Position numbers and translations under genes: made by a program. Of a stretch of DNA of 64,000 bases, positions 42,601 to 56,500 are shown in pieces. Each line of letters opens with the position of its first letter. The stretch's first letter is position 1. Source of the DNA: Enoplolaimus lenunculus (Eukaryota); NCBI GenBank assembly GCA_030248215.1, contig JASANG010002092.1, positions 434,001 to 498,000 on the forward strand, written 5' to 3'. A model generated the notes under the pieces. That model saw only the letters and a program-made list of their open reading frames with translations, was not told the origin of the DNA and searched no databases.

Positions 42601-44693
42601 TAAGTTTTTTTGCATTATTATTGGTGAAATAACAATAGTATTCATTTAATCTGGTGTATTTGGTGTATTTTAGATTTTCATAATCCAAGGAAGCGAAATT
42701 TACCTTCGATGATTTACTTTCGGCGATTTTCAAGGTTTATATACCATGCTAATAAAAACTATTTAATTTTTATCGTTTTTTAGTAAAATTTACAAATTTC
42801 CACCGACCGAATTTAATCCGGAATTTTTAATTCTGGTACTGAACCGGAATTCCGGTTGCACCTTGGTAAAAAATCTAGAACCGTTAATAATTCTTTCACG
42901 CAAACATCTATACATTTGTCAATATATACAGCCAACAGAGATGAAAATCACAAAGTGGTAATGGAAACAGAAAGCTAACTAATGTTTTGATTCCAATATA
43001 GCTTATGATTAATCGGTTTACAACTTAGTGAAGGAAAGCCAACAGTCCATCCGTTGGAACAATTAAATGTATTCTGCAATGTGCACCCCAACAAGAACAC
43101 GTTTATGACATTAAAAATAACAACAGTTATATGCTTCGGCCATTCAATTGATACTGTGGGGTTAAACGGAATATGTACTGTTTACCTGTATCGCTCGGCA
43201 AAATGTAAACTATGTAGGTTGGTTATAGGTGATTTACTCAACTGAGAATGTTGGCATTTGCTTCCAGAGATGCAGTGTGTAAAATGCTTGACTATTAAAA
43301 CAGAGACAAACGCAAATCAGATTTATTCAACAGACGGGCTACTACCTGTGTACTTTTTTTATAGTCATCGGTTGCTCTAAGTATCTCAATTACAGGCCCA
43401 ATTGTGCGAAACATTTGGTCGTCACGAATCTTGAGTGACTAACAATAAATACTATACAAAACATCGGTGAATCACAATGTGAATATTTATTATGCCTGCA
43501 CGACAAAACATCAGTAGGCGTGTCTTGTTAGCGAGCACCAGACGGCTGAATATTCAAATATGAACGGTTCTACAAACTATATACTCAAGCGAAACGTCTT
43601 GACAGTGTTCACGCACAAATTTATCAAACATTTTTGCTGACACGCCAAAAATGTTCCCTGACTCTACCAGAAGATGTGTCCAGATCAACAGCTGACTTTT
43701 TAAAGGCGCCCTGAATTCTGTAGACGAAAATTTTACTTATTAATGTTGTCCGGTAAAGTTCTTTATTTCAAAGACTAGTTGCATTTTTGATAGCTTCTGG
43801 TTCTGTCAGTGCGACGAATAATGTATCGAATACGCCGGACCCAAATTTTTCCGTGATGTTTCCGTGAAATTTTCATTTTTCCGGACAATTCCCTTAAATT
43901 TAAGAAATGATTTTGACGTTTGACCCAGTTTGCGACCATTGAAGACAAATGTGTTCCTTCTGTTACAAAGCAAGTACGCCTTGCTTTGTTTCTTACTCTG
44001 AAGTTAAATATATTATAAGTAGTGTATAAATAACACTACCATGTGCTTATAAGCGCAGACAACAACAGCCATGCAGTGCTTGAAATTGCCTGGCGAGTAT
44101 TGCGTCTGCGGTTTTGTAGTTGCTTTTAACTGTACCTATTTTCGCGAGCAGAGAATTTCATCATAATTACTACATTTGCGACTGTAGTAGTCTCTTTTCA
44201 TGCGCATTTGCAAAAGATTTTGTTCAAGTAACGACCACGGGCACGAAGTATATTACCGTATAAAAGTTATGCGGCTGGCATTCCGATGATATTCGGAAAC
44301 AAATTATAGATATAACTGAAATTTGCAACATGAAAAAATTCGGATATTCCATCAAATAGTGGATTCGGTGCCACCCTGTTTTTAGCCCTTTGCTATGTAG
44401 AAGCAGTCACAAATTATCCTGTGCATGACCGTAAATCGAACAAATTGTCACTGTATGGGTAGCTATGTTTATCACCAATGTTGCTGTTACAGGTGTCTGA
44501 TTTGCCGTTTCCATACAAATCTGTATCAGTGTATGAAGCGAGCATTCGACATCCAATTGGAAGCGATTGGAACACACAGAGCGCTCATCGGAGACTGATT
44601 GCGAAGGATGTTGTCACGAAGCGAGGAGCGGTAATTAAACCGATTGATAAAGAATCAACGTTTCAAGCTGAAGATATGGACGGGTTGAAATAA
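24615..44693 (+). CDS. UTP14: U3 snoRNA-associated protein 14 (SSU processome), 17 exons, about 745 aa
   Basis: Exons: 24615-24706, 26509-26561, 32404-32540, 33366-33443, 33836-33910, 34467-34589, 34909-35003, 35321-35444, 36438-36515, 37457-37663, 38012-38245, 38566-38668, 39090-39300 (end less certain), 39637-39794, 39996-40173, 40406-40496, 44493-44693; phase-consistent. Motifs: KHQHLLSAI, SKWDRVV, KIKSKGYHRI, ERMTLKH..NKWA, NNPW, AEAFEDDDIVEQF, LPGWGDWAG, LPFPY....YEASIRHPIGSDWNT. Confidence 0.95.
24719..25118. mobile_element. hAT-like MITE 12 bp inside UTP14 intron 1
   Basis: TIR CAGGGTGCAA; flanks gtataatg/gtattgtg; TTCCGA subterminal repeats. Confidence 0.7.
26710..31429 (+). mobile_element. 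Decayed near-full-length non-LTR retrotransposon (LOA/R1-like: ORF1 + APE-RT-RNase H) in UTP14 intron 2
   Basis: ORF1 remnants at about 26970-28140 (KRPR..GDTP, TCANEAS). APE N-terminus INLQHSKSATAAL..LIQE; RT GPDGI, FIPKPGK..FRPISI, YADD; RNase H FTGGSK..GCGV; C-terminal TGH..HMHKIG..CxCC..ESLEHFL..C. Many stops and frameshifts, (CTAT)n-like tail, and a degenerate TSD of about 25 bp (26686-26709 vs 31430-31455). Confidence 0.9.
32744..33160. mobile_element. hAT-like MITE
   Basis: TIR CAGGGWGCGACCARATATT; perfect TSD catcatcg. Confidence 0.9.
41280..41660. mobile_element. hAT-like MITE
   Basis: TIR CAGRGTGGCA; perfect TSD gtgtacag; GAATCC subterminal repeats. Confidence 0.9.
42530..42865. 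mobile_element. hAT-like MITE (CAGGGTGCAACCGG family)
   Basis: TIRs present; TSD matches 7/8; collinear with 4898-5315. Confidence 0.8.
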
Positions 44694-44708
44694 CATTGAC
44701 GGTGGAAT

Positions 44709-45014
44709 CAGGTTGCAGCCGGAAGTGAAAAATACCGATTTTAGATGTGACGCGAATTGTAACAATGTTTAATTTTAGCAAATATCTGTAAAGCGTTGCC
44801 AACCATTTTGGTTTCAGGTGTATTTTTAAAAAATCCTAACAGTTTGTTCTCAAAATTGTATACAATACTTACAGACAAATGCACCAAACGACACAGGTAT
44901 TTTTGTAAAACTAAATTTCGCCACCGAAATTGCTGGAACATCCGGCAAAAATTATGCAGGTGCCGGAAGTCGATTGTATGCCGGAGCCTGAGTTAGATTT
45001 CCGGTTATACCCTT
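44709..45014. mobile_element. hAT-like MITE in the UTP14 3' UTR region
   Basis: Degenerate TIR; flanks ggtggaat/ggtggaac. Confidence 0.6.
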
Positions 45015-45834
45015 GGTGGAACGTAATAATTTGCAGAATTGTTCTTTAAATAAATATGCAGTTTTGAAGAAATTTCATATAATTTTTAGCTTATATTAAT
45101 TTTTTGGTCAATTTATTGATTCAATATGAGACAATATGGTGTTTTACAATTATTGTTTAAGTTTGGAGGTTTATATATAATGTTTTTTGATTCTGTTTAG
45201 TAAAGTTTATCAAAGTAGGATTTGCTGACGCTATCACTAATTGATGGACATCATTTAATTTTTAAACTGGCTGCTGAACACTGATATTAAGAAACATCGA
45301 AAAGGTTGTGCGGTCGGAGCTCGGCAAAATTTCTGGCCTATGTTACTCTTAGCGTCGTACCGGTTTCTGGTGAAAAATAGTGCTTAGAGAATACATTTTT
45401 ATGCTTTGGAGTTACACTTAATCTACTGCTACGGCCATAAAAGTAACTGCGGAAGCCCGCGGTGGGGTTTGCGAGTTGAGGTTGAAGCAGATTTTTAGTG
45501 AGTCCTTGTTGTTTAGAACAGTGTGAAAATTTGTATAGAACTTATTGTTAACTTAAATCCGGCTTCACAGCAAGCAATTTGAGAAACATGATCGTTTTCT
45601 GTTTGAATTAATTTTTAAGACACGATTGAAACTTGTCCCAGCCAGGGCGTTCTATACTTCTGAACAGGAGCAACCTAAAATTACAATTTACCGGAATTTG
45701 AAAAAGTGCTGGAACCGGAATTCCGGTTGCACCCTTCATATCAGACATTTGGTACTTTTTCTGTGCACTCGAACATCATTGAAAACTTATATCCTTTGTG
45801 TAAACTATAGAGAACACCGGGCATATATATCTGG

Positions 45835-46208
45835 CAGGGTTCGACCGAAATTCCTGCAAAAATTCAGTTCCTGTTCCGGCATTTAAAGATGCAGGAACCG
45901 GAATTTGTACGGTTTTGTGGTAAATTATGCCGCATCATTTAAACATTGGAAACTTTGTATTTAAAAATTATTTTGACATGTGTTTTTTCAATTACTTCAA
46001 TTTTTAATAAACTGTTTCTGTTGTGTTTTCGTAAAACCTGATTGTAAAATAGCTCCAAATTTGCTTAAGCCGTTTTTTGGCAAAGTTTTCTGAAAAGTCC
46101 AACAGTAACTCGGTGATGAAAATTATTTCAAATTCCGGTTCCTGTTACGGTTCCAGCAAAAAAATTCAATTCCTGTTCCGGCAAAATTTAGTTCCTGTTG
46201 GAACCCTG
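45835..46208. mobile_element. hAT-like MITE
   Basis: TIR CAGGGTTC; perfect TSD atatctgg. Related fragments at about 3100-3430, 6300-6540 and 22640-22820. Confidence 0.9.
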
Positions 46209-47555
46209 ATATCTGGATATGAAATTGCAATGACAGTGTGTAATAATTCTCCGTTATGTCCGCCTGGACTCATTATACTCCCGAAAAGAGCGAAAATTGT
46301 AGCACATGAATATATAAATAGATTTTTGAATTGAAGATTTGCCATAATTACGCCTGTCATATCGTTTGTTTCGCTCACCAAGTTTCTTCGACCAATGAGG
46401 CCAAACTTAGGACCCCCAAAATTGAATGATGTACTTACTTAAAACACGTCTGACTACTTTAGTTTGCTCCTCCACATCAGCTTTCGATGACCTCTCCTGA
46501 TCATTCTAAACTCGAATTTCAATTTTCAATAACTTCGATTTTTAAAGTCCCCCTTGGGACCCGAAATTTTTTGCCAACAGTTCTGGCAGCACGCCATTTC
46601 AATTGTTTGACAACTCGTTAACCAGGCTTTGATTGCAGAAAAGTTAACACTACTAGACTCATCTCTGCAAGTTGCGCCGAATGATATATAATTTGTCTAA
46701 CTATTCGACAAAAATTTTTTGGGTTCCAATGCCGGACCTTGGGACGTATAAAAATTGGAGTTTGCAAAAATTCAAATTCTGGAGTGGAATTATCAGGGAA
46801 GGTCATCAGAAGCTCAAGCACGCAAAAATTTTCAAAATGCAACCATTTTTGTCCAAACTTCTGTGTGGGAAACCGAAAGTACAAGAATTCTGGCTGCACC
46901 ATGCCTGTGATGGTAATGTGCTCCCTATCTTTAAATTCTTACTTTTATTAGCAATAAACTTCTTAGCATGAGCGTACTAGGGAATACTAACGCGAAAAAT
47001 TCACTCAGTCAAAGAAGGAATTTTTTGTCCACTTTTTCCGAAAAACATGGAAAAAATTCATTTTTCCAGTCATCATTTTTTCCTGAAAAAACAACCCTGA
47101 GCTGGGAAGCGTATGATAAATTATGGACTATGACACAAATTTTCGAATGAGAAGAGCAATTTTTTCTACACAGGGATTTCACTCACCGTTTAATTGACTT
47201 GCTTGACATATTTCTTAAAGAAAATCCACTGGGTGGAGTAGTTTCAGCATGGCGTATGTTACTTTGAGCAGCGTTCTATTTTGTCGCGGGACTCCAATGG
47301 AGTAAGCTTAAGCTTTAGACGAGTTTAGACCTTGGCTTAATAATGCTTATGCTACTGTTACGCCCCTCAAAGCAACATTGGCCGCAATATCTAATATTTC
47401 GATGTTGAAATTGCCAAAACGTCTGGTAAATGAAAACTTACGCCCTGATTGACCAATACACTATTATTTTGCCGTGAATTATTATTGCTTAAGAATTTAT
47501 ATACGTATGCGTAATAATTGAAAGTGAGTTAAAGAGTAGGATATTTTGCTAAACA

Positions 47556-50500
47556 ATGTCTGAAGCAATTTCACCCGATGATGCCGGCGACGGAGATGTG
47601 TTTGAAGTCGAATCAATACTCGATGTTCGTGTTGTTAATGTAAATACATACTTTCACATTATGTTTTGAAAAGTACGACTTTAGTTTTTAGATGGCAGAA
47701 TAACACGACCCAATATTCAATTGTGAACTACAACAATTTGCTCGGTCCGAAGATGAGGTCGCGTCTCGTTTTCTATCATATTTTTCTCATAAACTAATGT
47801 GTAACGGTTTTGTTTTGATTCGGGATTGAGGCGCAAAATGTGCTTAATTGTTTTGGATTTAGATGTCCTCAGATACTTTAGTTTTGCGAACTTTAGCACG
47901 CACCTAAAATTACAACAATTTTGCAAATGAGGTTTTGTTAAAAAGAAGTGTGGGCACCAACTTTAAAGTCTCGTAGTTCCAGATAAGTCTAGTGCATTGG
48001 AAGTAGATAATTGAAGTTGGTTTCAGGATGTTCATGAATATCGTGTTCGATGGAAGGGTTGGGACGAGAATTGGGACACGTGGGAACCTTCAGACAATTT
48101 AATTTCGTGCCGTGACATACTGGATCGATTCATTCGTGCCAGGGTAAGATATTTTTGTAACATTCAAATTTAATTCATTTGTTTCTTTACAGCTGGCTTA
48201 TAGTTCACATTTATTATTTTATGCCTTAGTTCTGGTCTATAGATACCGTGCGTTAAGCAATAAATGCTAAGTAGTGCAAAAACTCATCGAGGCAGCATGG
48301 GTTAGAAATGTTGAATATCTCAATGTGATACAGGAAATTGAATCAGGAGTGATATGTACCACAGGATGCGACATGACTGATACAATACCACAAACGGAAC
48401 TTGAACGGGAAAGTGAAAATAATGCCAGATTTTCTATCGGAACCGGATAACAAAAAGTAACCGGATTTGCGATCGAAGTCGAAATTCTGGTTGCGTACTG
48501 TTATATATTGATTTTGTTTTATTGCTGTCATACATTTTGCAAACGTACTATTGCCACCATGTTAATTTCTGAAGTGATGTTGGTCATTTTTAACATTTAA
48601 TAATGAGCTTCCACAGTAGTACAATCAGTGTTCGTATTCTCATGTGTGTAGCACCTATCACCTGTTGGTAATAGGTCTTGTGACTTTCAAATTAGTGAAT
48701 GATGAGGTCGAAACCCAGCACTTTTGTCGTCTTTGATTGGTTCTAATACTGCGTCAGTTTCGAAATCCGAAATTACAGGACTTCGTCATTTGAAAAACAA
48801 ACGCCAATTGGTAATAATATTGGTTGATATACAATTATTATCAATAAGTTCTGGCATTTCGCTAGCCCAATCTCAAGTTGGTGGGGGCTTTTTCAGAGGT
48901 GCCCACAGGTTCAACCCCGGGGGATTTCTCGAGCGATGGGGCTTTCAAAATGCCCCCGGGTTAAACCAGGGGGGTCAAAAATTGCGACTTGTTAATTTCG
49001 ATTTTAAGGTGTTACTTAAACGAAAAAAGTAACTGATATGCATTACCGCTGGCACATTTGTGCAAACCGGTAGCACATTCACTGTTGCATGGCCATCGCT
49101 CATTCGGCTGGCAACATTGGGGCAGGGCAACCAGCAACACAGAGTACTACGTTTACTGATCTTTTCGGTAAGCAAAACTCGTGTGCTTTTTCCCCACACC
49201 TTAAAATCGAAATTGCGAACCCGTTGGATTTTTCGAGTGGGAGGGGCTGAACTAGGGGTAATTTGCCGAGTGGAGGGAACTTTGGTCTTCTGAGGGCGCC
49301 CACCTCCGTATCAACGAAATACCAGTAAGTTTTCATTTCTTATTACAAAGTAATATTTAGGAACGTGGCGAAGCGGTTGCAACTCCGCTAAGCATGAGCA
49401 ATCGTTCGTCAGACGCTGCTTTGGATCCGACTGTCGAAACAATTCGTCTTGAATCGTTGTCTGGCCATGGTTCGCTTAGCGATATTGATGAGTCTGCTAG
49501 TTTTATGGCAACTTCAGATGCTGCAGATGCGATACCTATCGATAAACCACTAGTGCGTCGAATTAAAATGGAAGGTAATCCGTGTGTGGTTTCGGGGCTA
49601 AGAGAATATATTTACTGCAAAGTTTTGGACAAAATTCTATTGGAGTGGGAGTGAGGCACTTGAAAAAATGCATCCAGAGAGTTTACTTGAAAGATACGTA
49701 TGCAAATGTTATTAGTTGCGTTAAAATAGAAATTTATCTACATCATAGCAAAGACAGAATTTTTTAGTTTGTAACGTGAAAACTATCGCGTTACAGGTGG
49801 TTGTGAATTTGGTCTGTACTTCAGATAATGAAGGTGTGTATAGTCGAATGGACGATGGCAAATCAACAGCGTCATCTTTTGCGTCGCTTAATGTTGTGCG
49901 ATTTGGCGATCAGTATTCAGGCGATTTTCCAGTGAAGGCCGAGCAACCAGACGGTGAGTAGTTTTTGAACGTTTGAATTATTTAAAAGCGGGAGTATGGG
50001 AACCAAATTAAAACGTGTTACGAAAAATCAGTGGTGCCTGCGCTTTGGTGTCTGAATCAGATGTTAGCGGCTTTGATAACATATTTTCACAAATTTCTCT
50101 GTATCAAAAGTTGACGGCATTGTGTATCCCTCATTTCCAGAAATTTGTACACGGCCGCCCCATCACAATTTCTGGATCCACCACTATTATGTAGAATTTT
50201 GCTGGTAATTGTGGCCTTAAAATATTTCTCCTGAGGGAATGTCAGTTGCGACTTGGTAGCAACATTGTTAATGTGTTTTTAGTTTTTAGACATTGGACCT
50301 GATCCAGTTAAACAGAGTGGTACAATAACGGAATCAGATATGCCAAATTTCTGCAATCCGCCAGGATCTATAGCAGGCAGTGACGGGGGGCTTGCAGCAG
50401 GAATGGGCGCTGCATCTATTGCGTCGTCTGACCGCACACCTCCTTTGAAAGATCCGTTTTGGAAGGTAAACCGTTATTATGTGAATTTCGCTAGAAACCT

Positions 50501-53500
50501 TGACGAACTAGGTTATAAATGAGTGACAGATTAAAAACTCGGAAAGAGCAATTTTTGCGTTTTTAATATACTTTAGTGCACAAGGGTTTTCTTAAATTTG
50601 AGTATGCATTAAGGATCAATTTGGTGACGTTCACAATAACTGCTAGACACATTTAGTGTTTGCCTGTTTGCAAAGGAAAAACACATTATTAACTTGTTGT
50701 AATTATCCCAGACTGTTTGTAGACATACACAACGTGCCTAAAGGTTTTCCTTCCAGCGATAGAAATTTTATACCATTAACCGGATGTTTTTACTGTTTTG
50801 TGTGAGTTTTGTGTTCATTTGATGTTTTGGCTACACGTGTGTGTACATGTGTCTGCAATCATCCATAGCGAATGGTTGCAATATTCTTTGTTGTTTAGGA
50901 TTTGGAAATGGGTCGTGTTGATTTATCGGATAATCTGTACGAGCGTGTTGGACGGCGAAGTGCGGCAGCGACAGTTAAAACATACGCTGAGACAAAACTG
51001 TTCCAAAATGCGCTTTCCGGCAGCCAACAAAAGGATGACACTGCATCGGCGGATGTTGATGCTGGTATTACAAGATAACTTTCGAAATATTTTCAATTTT
51101 TTGTTTTTAACAGAGAAAAAATGTTATTTTTATATATACGCGCGTATTCATGATGAAGGTATTTCTTAATTTTTAGTTTGAAATAATGGGTACTTTTTTA
51201 GGTTTTTAAATGAATGAATCCATTTTCATATCTGCACAACGCGAAAGTGCCAATATTAGCAAGTCTTTTTGAACGTTTTTATAAAGGATATTAAATTTGT
51301 TTCTTCCTACTTCGCATATTAAAATAAGCTATGTGTTAAGATAATAAGCTCGTTGAAGTATATTATTTGCGCCTGTAACCAGACCATGAATTAAACTAGC
51401 TAACGCGACATTGGTTTAATTTGAAATAAGTTTAACAGACCTTCATCATCTTTAGCACTCTTTCGGATTGCAATGGATACGTGTTGTCGTTGTTTTTTTA
51501 GCCCAAAAATTATCTGAAGACAAATCTGACGAAATGAAAGCAGCGCAGCAAACTGCTCGTTCTAACCGAGGCGGTTGTCTAGGTATCGTGCGTGGTGCGT
51601 CCTCAAGTAGAGGACGAGGAGCGTCCGTTAAACCGGAAACAGGGACCAAAATTAGTCGTGGAAATACAAAGGTTCCTGGCGTAATTGACGATGGTATATA
51701 TGTCCCAATAATTCCTTTTTATTATAGCAGATAATAAAAGTGTAAAATATGTTGTATGGTTTGTTTTAATACACTAATTTGTTGCAAGAACCTGGTTCGA
51801 AAGATTCATACATGTTCTCAGTTGTCAACAATACAATACTATAGTCCTATATACTGATTTTATGTTCGATGCATAGCTCCTGGGTTTGGATTAGTTGCTG
51901 AATTTTTCAAGCTTTGTACTACTTGTCTTGTGTTTCACCTGTCCTCGCTCTCGATACCTTAGCTAGAATACAAATCTGGAATTTGGCTACTCGGTGTTGA
52001 GTTTCGTTGACTACATAATGTTATTATTAACTTTTACGAAACATAACACATTTAGCGGTTAATTATTTTTGTGCTTGTTAAAATTCCGTCGATATTATAA
52101 GGCTGAAGATAATGTTGAATTTAGGTATTATAGAATCAAATGACCTTGTGTACGGAAATTGTATGTAAGTGCCATTCTCTATGTCAAATTTTTGTGCAAT
52201 GCTATTTTCAATTCCAGTCAGCCGAGCTGAGCCGATGGATGCGACCGATAGTGCTGTTTCTAACCGTTCTCAAATGATACGTGGGGTTAGATTTTCGATT
52301 ATCTTTGTTAAATATCTGGAATAGTATTATAGAAACTGAAACATTACTTCTTGCTCCGGCAGAACAAGCTCAGATTTCGGCATTCTTTTGTGAATAATTT
52401 GTTAGTTTTGACATATTATAGTTTATATTGGTGTTGTTGTTGTTGTTGTTGTTGTTGTTCTTGCTATTGTTGTTGTTGTTTTTCTTCGTCTTCTTCTTCT
52501 TCTAGTGTTTGGCGGTTGTGCGTCGTATTCCTGCGGTACGGCTAAACAAAAGCGCAACCGTAGATCCTGTGTAGGATTTAAAAAGCTAGTACCACACTAC
52601 CGAATAGGTTTATCCGTTCTTGTGTAGTTGCTGGATGCTTCAATAACTAAAATCCTATAGCTTCTACAGTCTCCTGGAATTTTAGTGATAATGGATTTAT
52701 GGGCGTAGCTGTGGATAGGAAAAGGTTTACGTTCTATAAGTATTTGAAAGCGTTCTTGCGTTTGAAAACAAACCGTATCTAAAAAGTTTTGTATAGAAAT
52801 TTCAAATCAGATTTTTGAATCCTGAACTTCCCTTGAGTGTGCCCTTCAATCAGTTACTCCCGTTGAAATTATTTCGTTGTCACTATTACCTTTGCCATGT
52901 CAGAGTTCTGCTAAATCAAATGCACTTGGAGGCAAATCTGACCAATCAGACACTGAACGAGATGAAACTACTGATATGCCTGTGACCGACGCAGATCGAA
53001 AGAGTGAAGCGAAAAATGACACCTACAAACCACTCTCAGCCGATATAGGACACGGAGAATTGGCAGCAAAAGGTGCTACAGCTAAAGGATCGAAAAAATT
53101 TCGTAATTTGAGGCGGTCAGCTCGAAAACCGGTGGCACCAGCTTCTACTGCTTCTTCAACTATCACAACAGCATCGACGCCACAAGCCACTGCTCCCACA
53201 AGACGATGGAGTAAAGCATCTTCACAGAGGTCGCGGTTGCAAGACAGTGATGATGAAAAGGAGGTTGGTAGAGCGCAGGGTCAATTCCATTTCTGGCGTG
53301 CGGCCGAAATATTTTGTATAGAGCTAATATTTAAAGCAAAAATGCAAAACTTAAAAAATTCATATCCGTTTTGCAAAAATATAAATGCCAACCCCCTCCC
53401 AAAAAAATTTCTGGCACCGCCTTTGGTAGAGTGTTGAATTTCGACAATATAGGATACTGGGTCCGGAGCCAGATATCTAGGTTTGCCCTGACTAATAACT

Positions 53501-56500
53501 ATATGGAAATAAGTGAGGTGGTTTTGTATTGTGAACTTAATATATTTACATTGCCTAGATTGATCTTATTGATTGCAGTCTGGTCCATCGTAGTTTCAAA
53601 ATAACCATACTGTACTAAAGGTTTAAAAAAAGACAGTGTGTAGTTTAGACTGCAGATGAACTGAATACGCAAAGCAAGAAGCCAGATGATGCAGCAGCGG
53701 AATTGTACCTGCGAACGGAAACCTTAGAAGAAAACGATAAAACTGTTTCGAATGAGGGTATATCAGAAATTTTGATTTATTCTGCTGGGTGTTTTTAAAA
53801 ATTTGCTTGCAATAGGGTTTGTCTATTATTAAGTCGTAGTCTCGCTTCACCTTGAACAAGGCAGTTTTTGTTTGAAGATGTTTACTTTTGTTTTAATACA
53901 GAATTTTCAAATGGTGCTATTTTGTGACGTCTTTGTATATTTATTTGTTGTCTTGTTTGTGTGATTTATTGCGTTACTTCCTATTTTGACTAAGTTTTAA
54001 TATTCAGCAAAACAAACCGAAGCCGAAACAGTCGGAGAAAATCAATGCAGTCAAGCTGGTACATCTACCGCAGCTGTAGTAACAAGTACGGGTCTGAACA
54101 TGCAAAATGACCAATCACTGCCACAAAATGTAACCGTGCCTTCAACGTCTGCCGGACCTCCTCCAAGTGCAGCTCGATCAAGGCACCAGCACGATAGTGA
54201 GTATAATAACAGTATGAGATATTGTTTACAATGCGCTTTTTTACTTATTGGTTATTGTTTGAGCCCGGTTTCCGTTGATTATAGTATACTTATTATTTAT
54301 ATAAGTTTTGCATTGCTTATGGTATGGTTTGTTTTTATTTGTATTTTAGGTTTGCCATTGCGCGTTGAAAATGACTTAAACATCGGTGACTATATTCGCA
54401 ATGTAAGTCACTTTTTGGATAGTTTGTTATTTAAACATGATTTTTAACTTTTCAAAGTCAGTTTTTGAAAATAAAATGTTTATAAATACTATCAAACGTA
54501 TTAGTAATCACCAACCATCGTGCCGCGGCTTTCTGTATTCGAACCCTTTTCCGAACCTTGGGATGGCTTTTTTCCAAAATTGGGACACATACTGGGGGGT
54601 ACAATATATTTTTGAAGTTGCATTGCGGATTCGTGTTTCCTTAGACTTGTCAGGTGTCTGGGACCCCTCCTCAGGAGGGTGGAGGTGAAAGCCACTGCGC
54701 TTGTAAAATATGGAAATCTACCGGCGCAACTGTAGGATTGCACTATCATATTGATAGTTTACATTTATCTTTGGATTCTGAAATAAAGTAGTGTTTGGTG
54801 TGGTAACCGTGAAATGAGAAAATTATTGTTTATTACAGGAAATGAGACTTTATCAACGGGAAGAGGGTCGTGCGCTGACAGACGGTGAATTTACAGAAGC
54901 ATGTCTACTCGGAAATTTGTCAATGGTTCGAAGTGCATTAATTGCTTCGCGAAAGACTGGAATTCAGCTGGATGTTGATCGGGTTGATGGATATGGTACA
55001 GATTATTTTTCGTGTATTTAAACAGAAATTATTGTTCCGTTGAAAATAATATGCTTCCGTTGAAAATAATATGCTTGCCCCCTGATCCCGGTGAGGACGC
55101 AGTTCAGCTGTACTAGCTGTCCTTTTGCTACAATGGTGCTATTGTCCCAATTTTGAAAGTTTTAGAACTAGTTTAGTGTTGTACCTTGTGATGTGGACGG
55201 ACATCACGCATTGAAGGGTTGTTTGAACATTTTTTACAATACCTGCAATTTAGACATTGTTTCGTTGATTACGTTAGTTGTTGTAGGAAATACACTATTG
55301 ATGCAAGTGGCAGGACGTCCTTGTGATTCGGCACATGAATGCGATGACATCCTTGAGTTGCTCGTACACCACGGAGCAAACGTAAATTTCAAAAATAGAG
55401 ACACTGGAGATACTGCTCTGTCGCTTGCAGCCAGCAAAGTGAGCTTTTTGAACATAGTGATTGGTAATGCTTGTTATCATTAGCGCAGTATACCACATAT
55501 TCTCAAACAGACGAACACGTTTCGCTAAGTGTGATTAATTTGGACGCTCACCCTTCGTTGGTTTGAAAGCTGCAAGATTTGTAAGCAACTGATGATATGT
55601 GCAACGTACATTGCAGAATACGTGCATAGGCGCTATGTACGGCATAGCCAGTATAAATACTATTCTAATTGTGCATGTTAGTGTATTCATCTTAGTTATT
55701 TTAGTTTCAATCCATACGTTGTGAGTTCGTGTCCTGCCGCATCCGCAGCAAAATTTTCGTGGAGCGCTCTTATGGTGATGCATTTACATAGATTTTATGA
55801 GTTTCCGAAGCGTGAGTGATGTAGTAAAGGTTTCTGCATTTAAACAAATCATTTTTTCAGGGTTATCTTTGCAAAGTTTCGAAGCTGCTTTCACTCGGCG
55901 CTGCTGCTAATTTATCGAATGCGGTTGGGGAAACACCACTTAGTATTGTAAGTTTATTATTTCTGAAATGGTTTGTTGTAGAGAAGTCAGGAGTGTATAT
56001 GCGCCTCATGCGTATGTCGGCTGAAGCAGTTCAAGACTAGCTACAAAATATTTTCACATACGTTTTTGCTGGGAAGCTTTATGCTTACGGTTTTATTTGT
56101 TAATGTTTAGGCATGCGCCCGAGGATTTCCGCACGTCGTTTATCGTCTGCTGGAATACGGATCTGACTTTCACGCTGTTAATTGCAACGAGCAAACACCG
56201 CGCGAAGTTGCAGAAAAAACGAATCAGACACACTGTGCGGATCTTGTTAAAACGCATGTTAATAGGTAAGTCGTTATCGGTTTTTACTGAAATACAGTAC
56301 TAGTAATATTATTATAAATTGTGGTGTACTCAACATTTAGAAAATCTAATTTCTGTGTGCTCGTTTTGCTTTCTAATAAATTGGTTAATGCAAACTTTTT
56401 GAAACATGACCGTTTTAAAACAATCCTGTGCTTAACAGATTGTGGTTACGTAATTGAAAATAGTTTTGTGGCATTTTTTCGTTATAGGGTGAAAAGTGTT

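Noticed and set aside
44693..47556. UTP14-MPP8 operon
   Set aside because: The genes share a strand, but the gap is 2.9 kb and TE-filled, and no sequence evidence for polycistronic processing is visible.
48698..48716. Minimal hammerhead core (tgatgag..gaaac)
   Set aside because: It lacks the C of CUGAUGA, has no stem II, and I found no compatible stems I/III.
48724..49032. Extra MPP8 exon or independent ORF
   Set aside because: Exon 2 joins 49361 in phase without it, and the ORF runs into a MITE.
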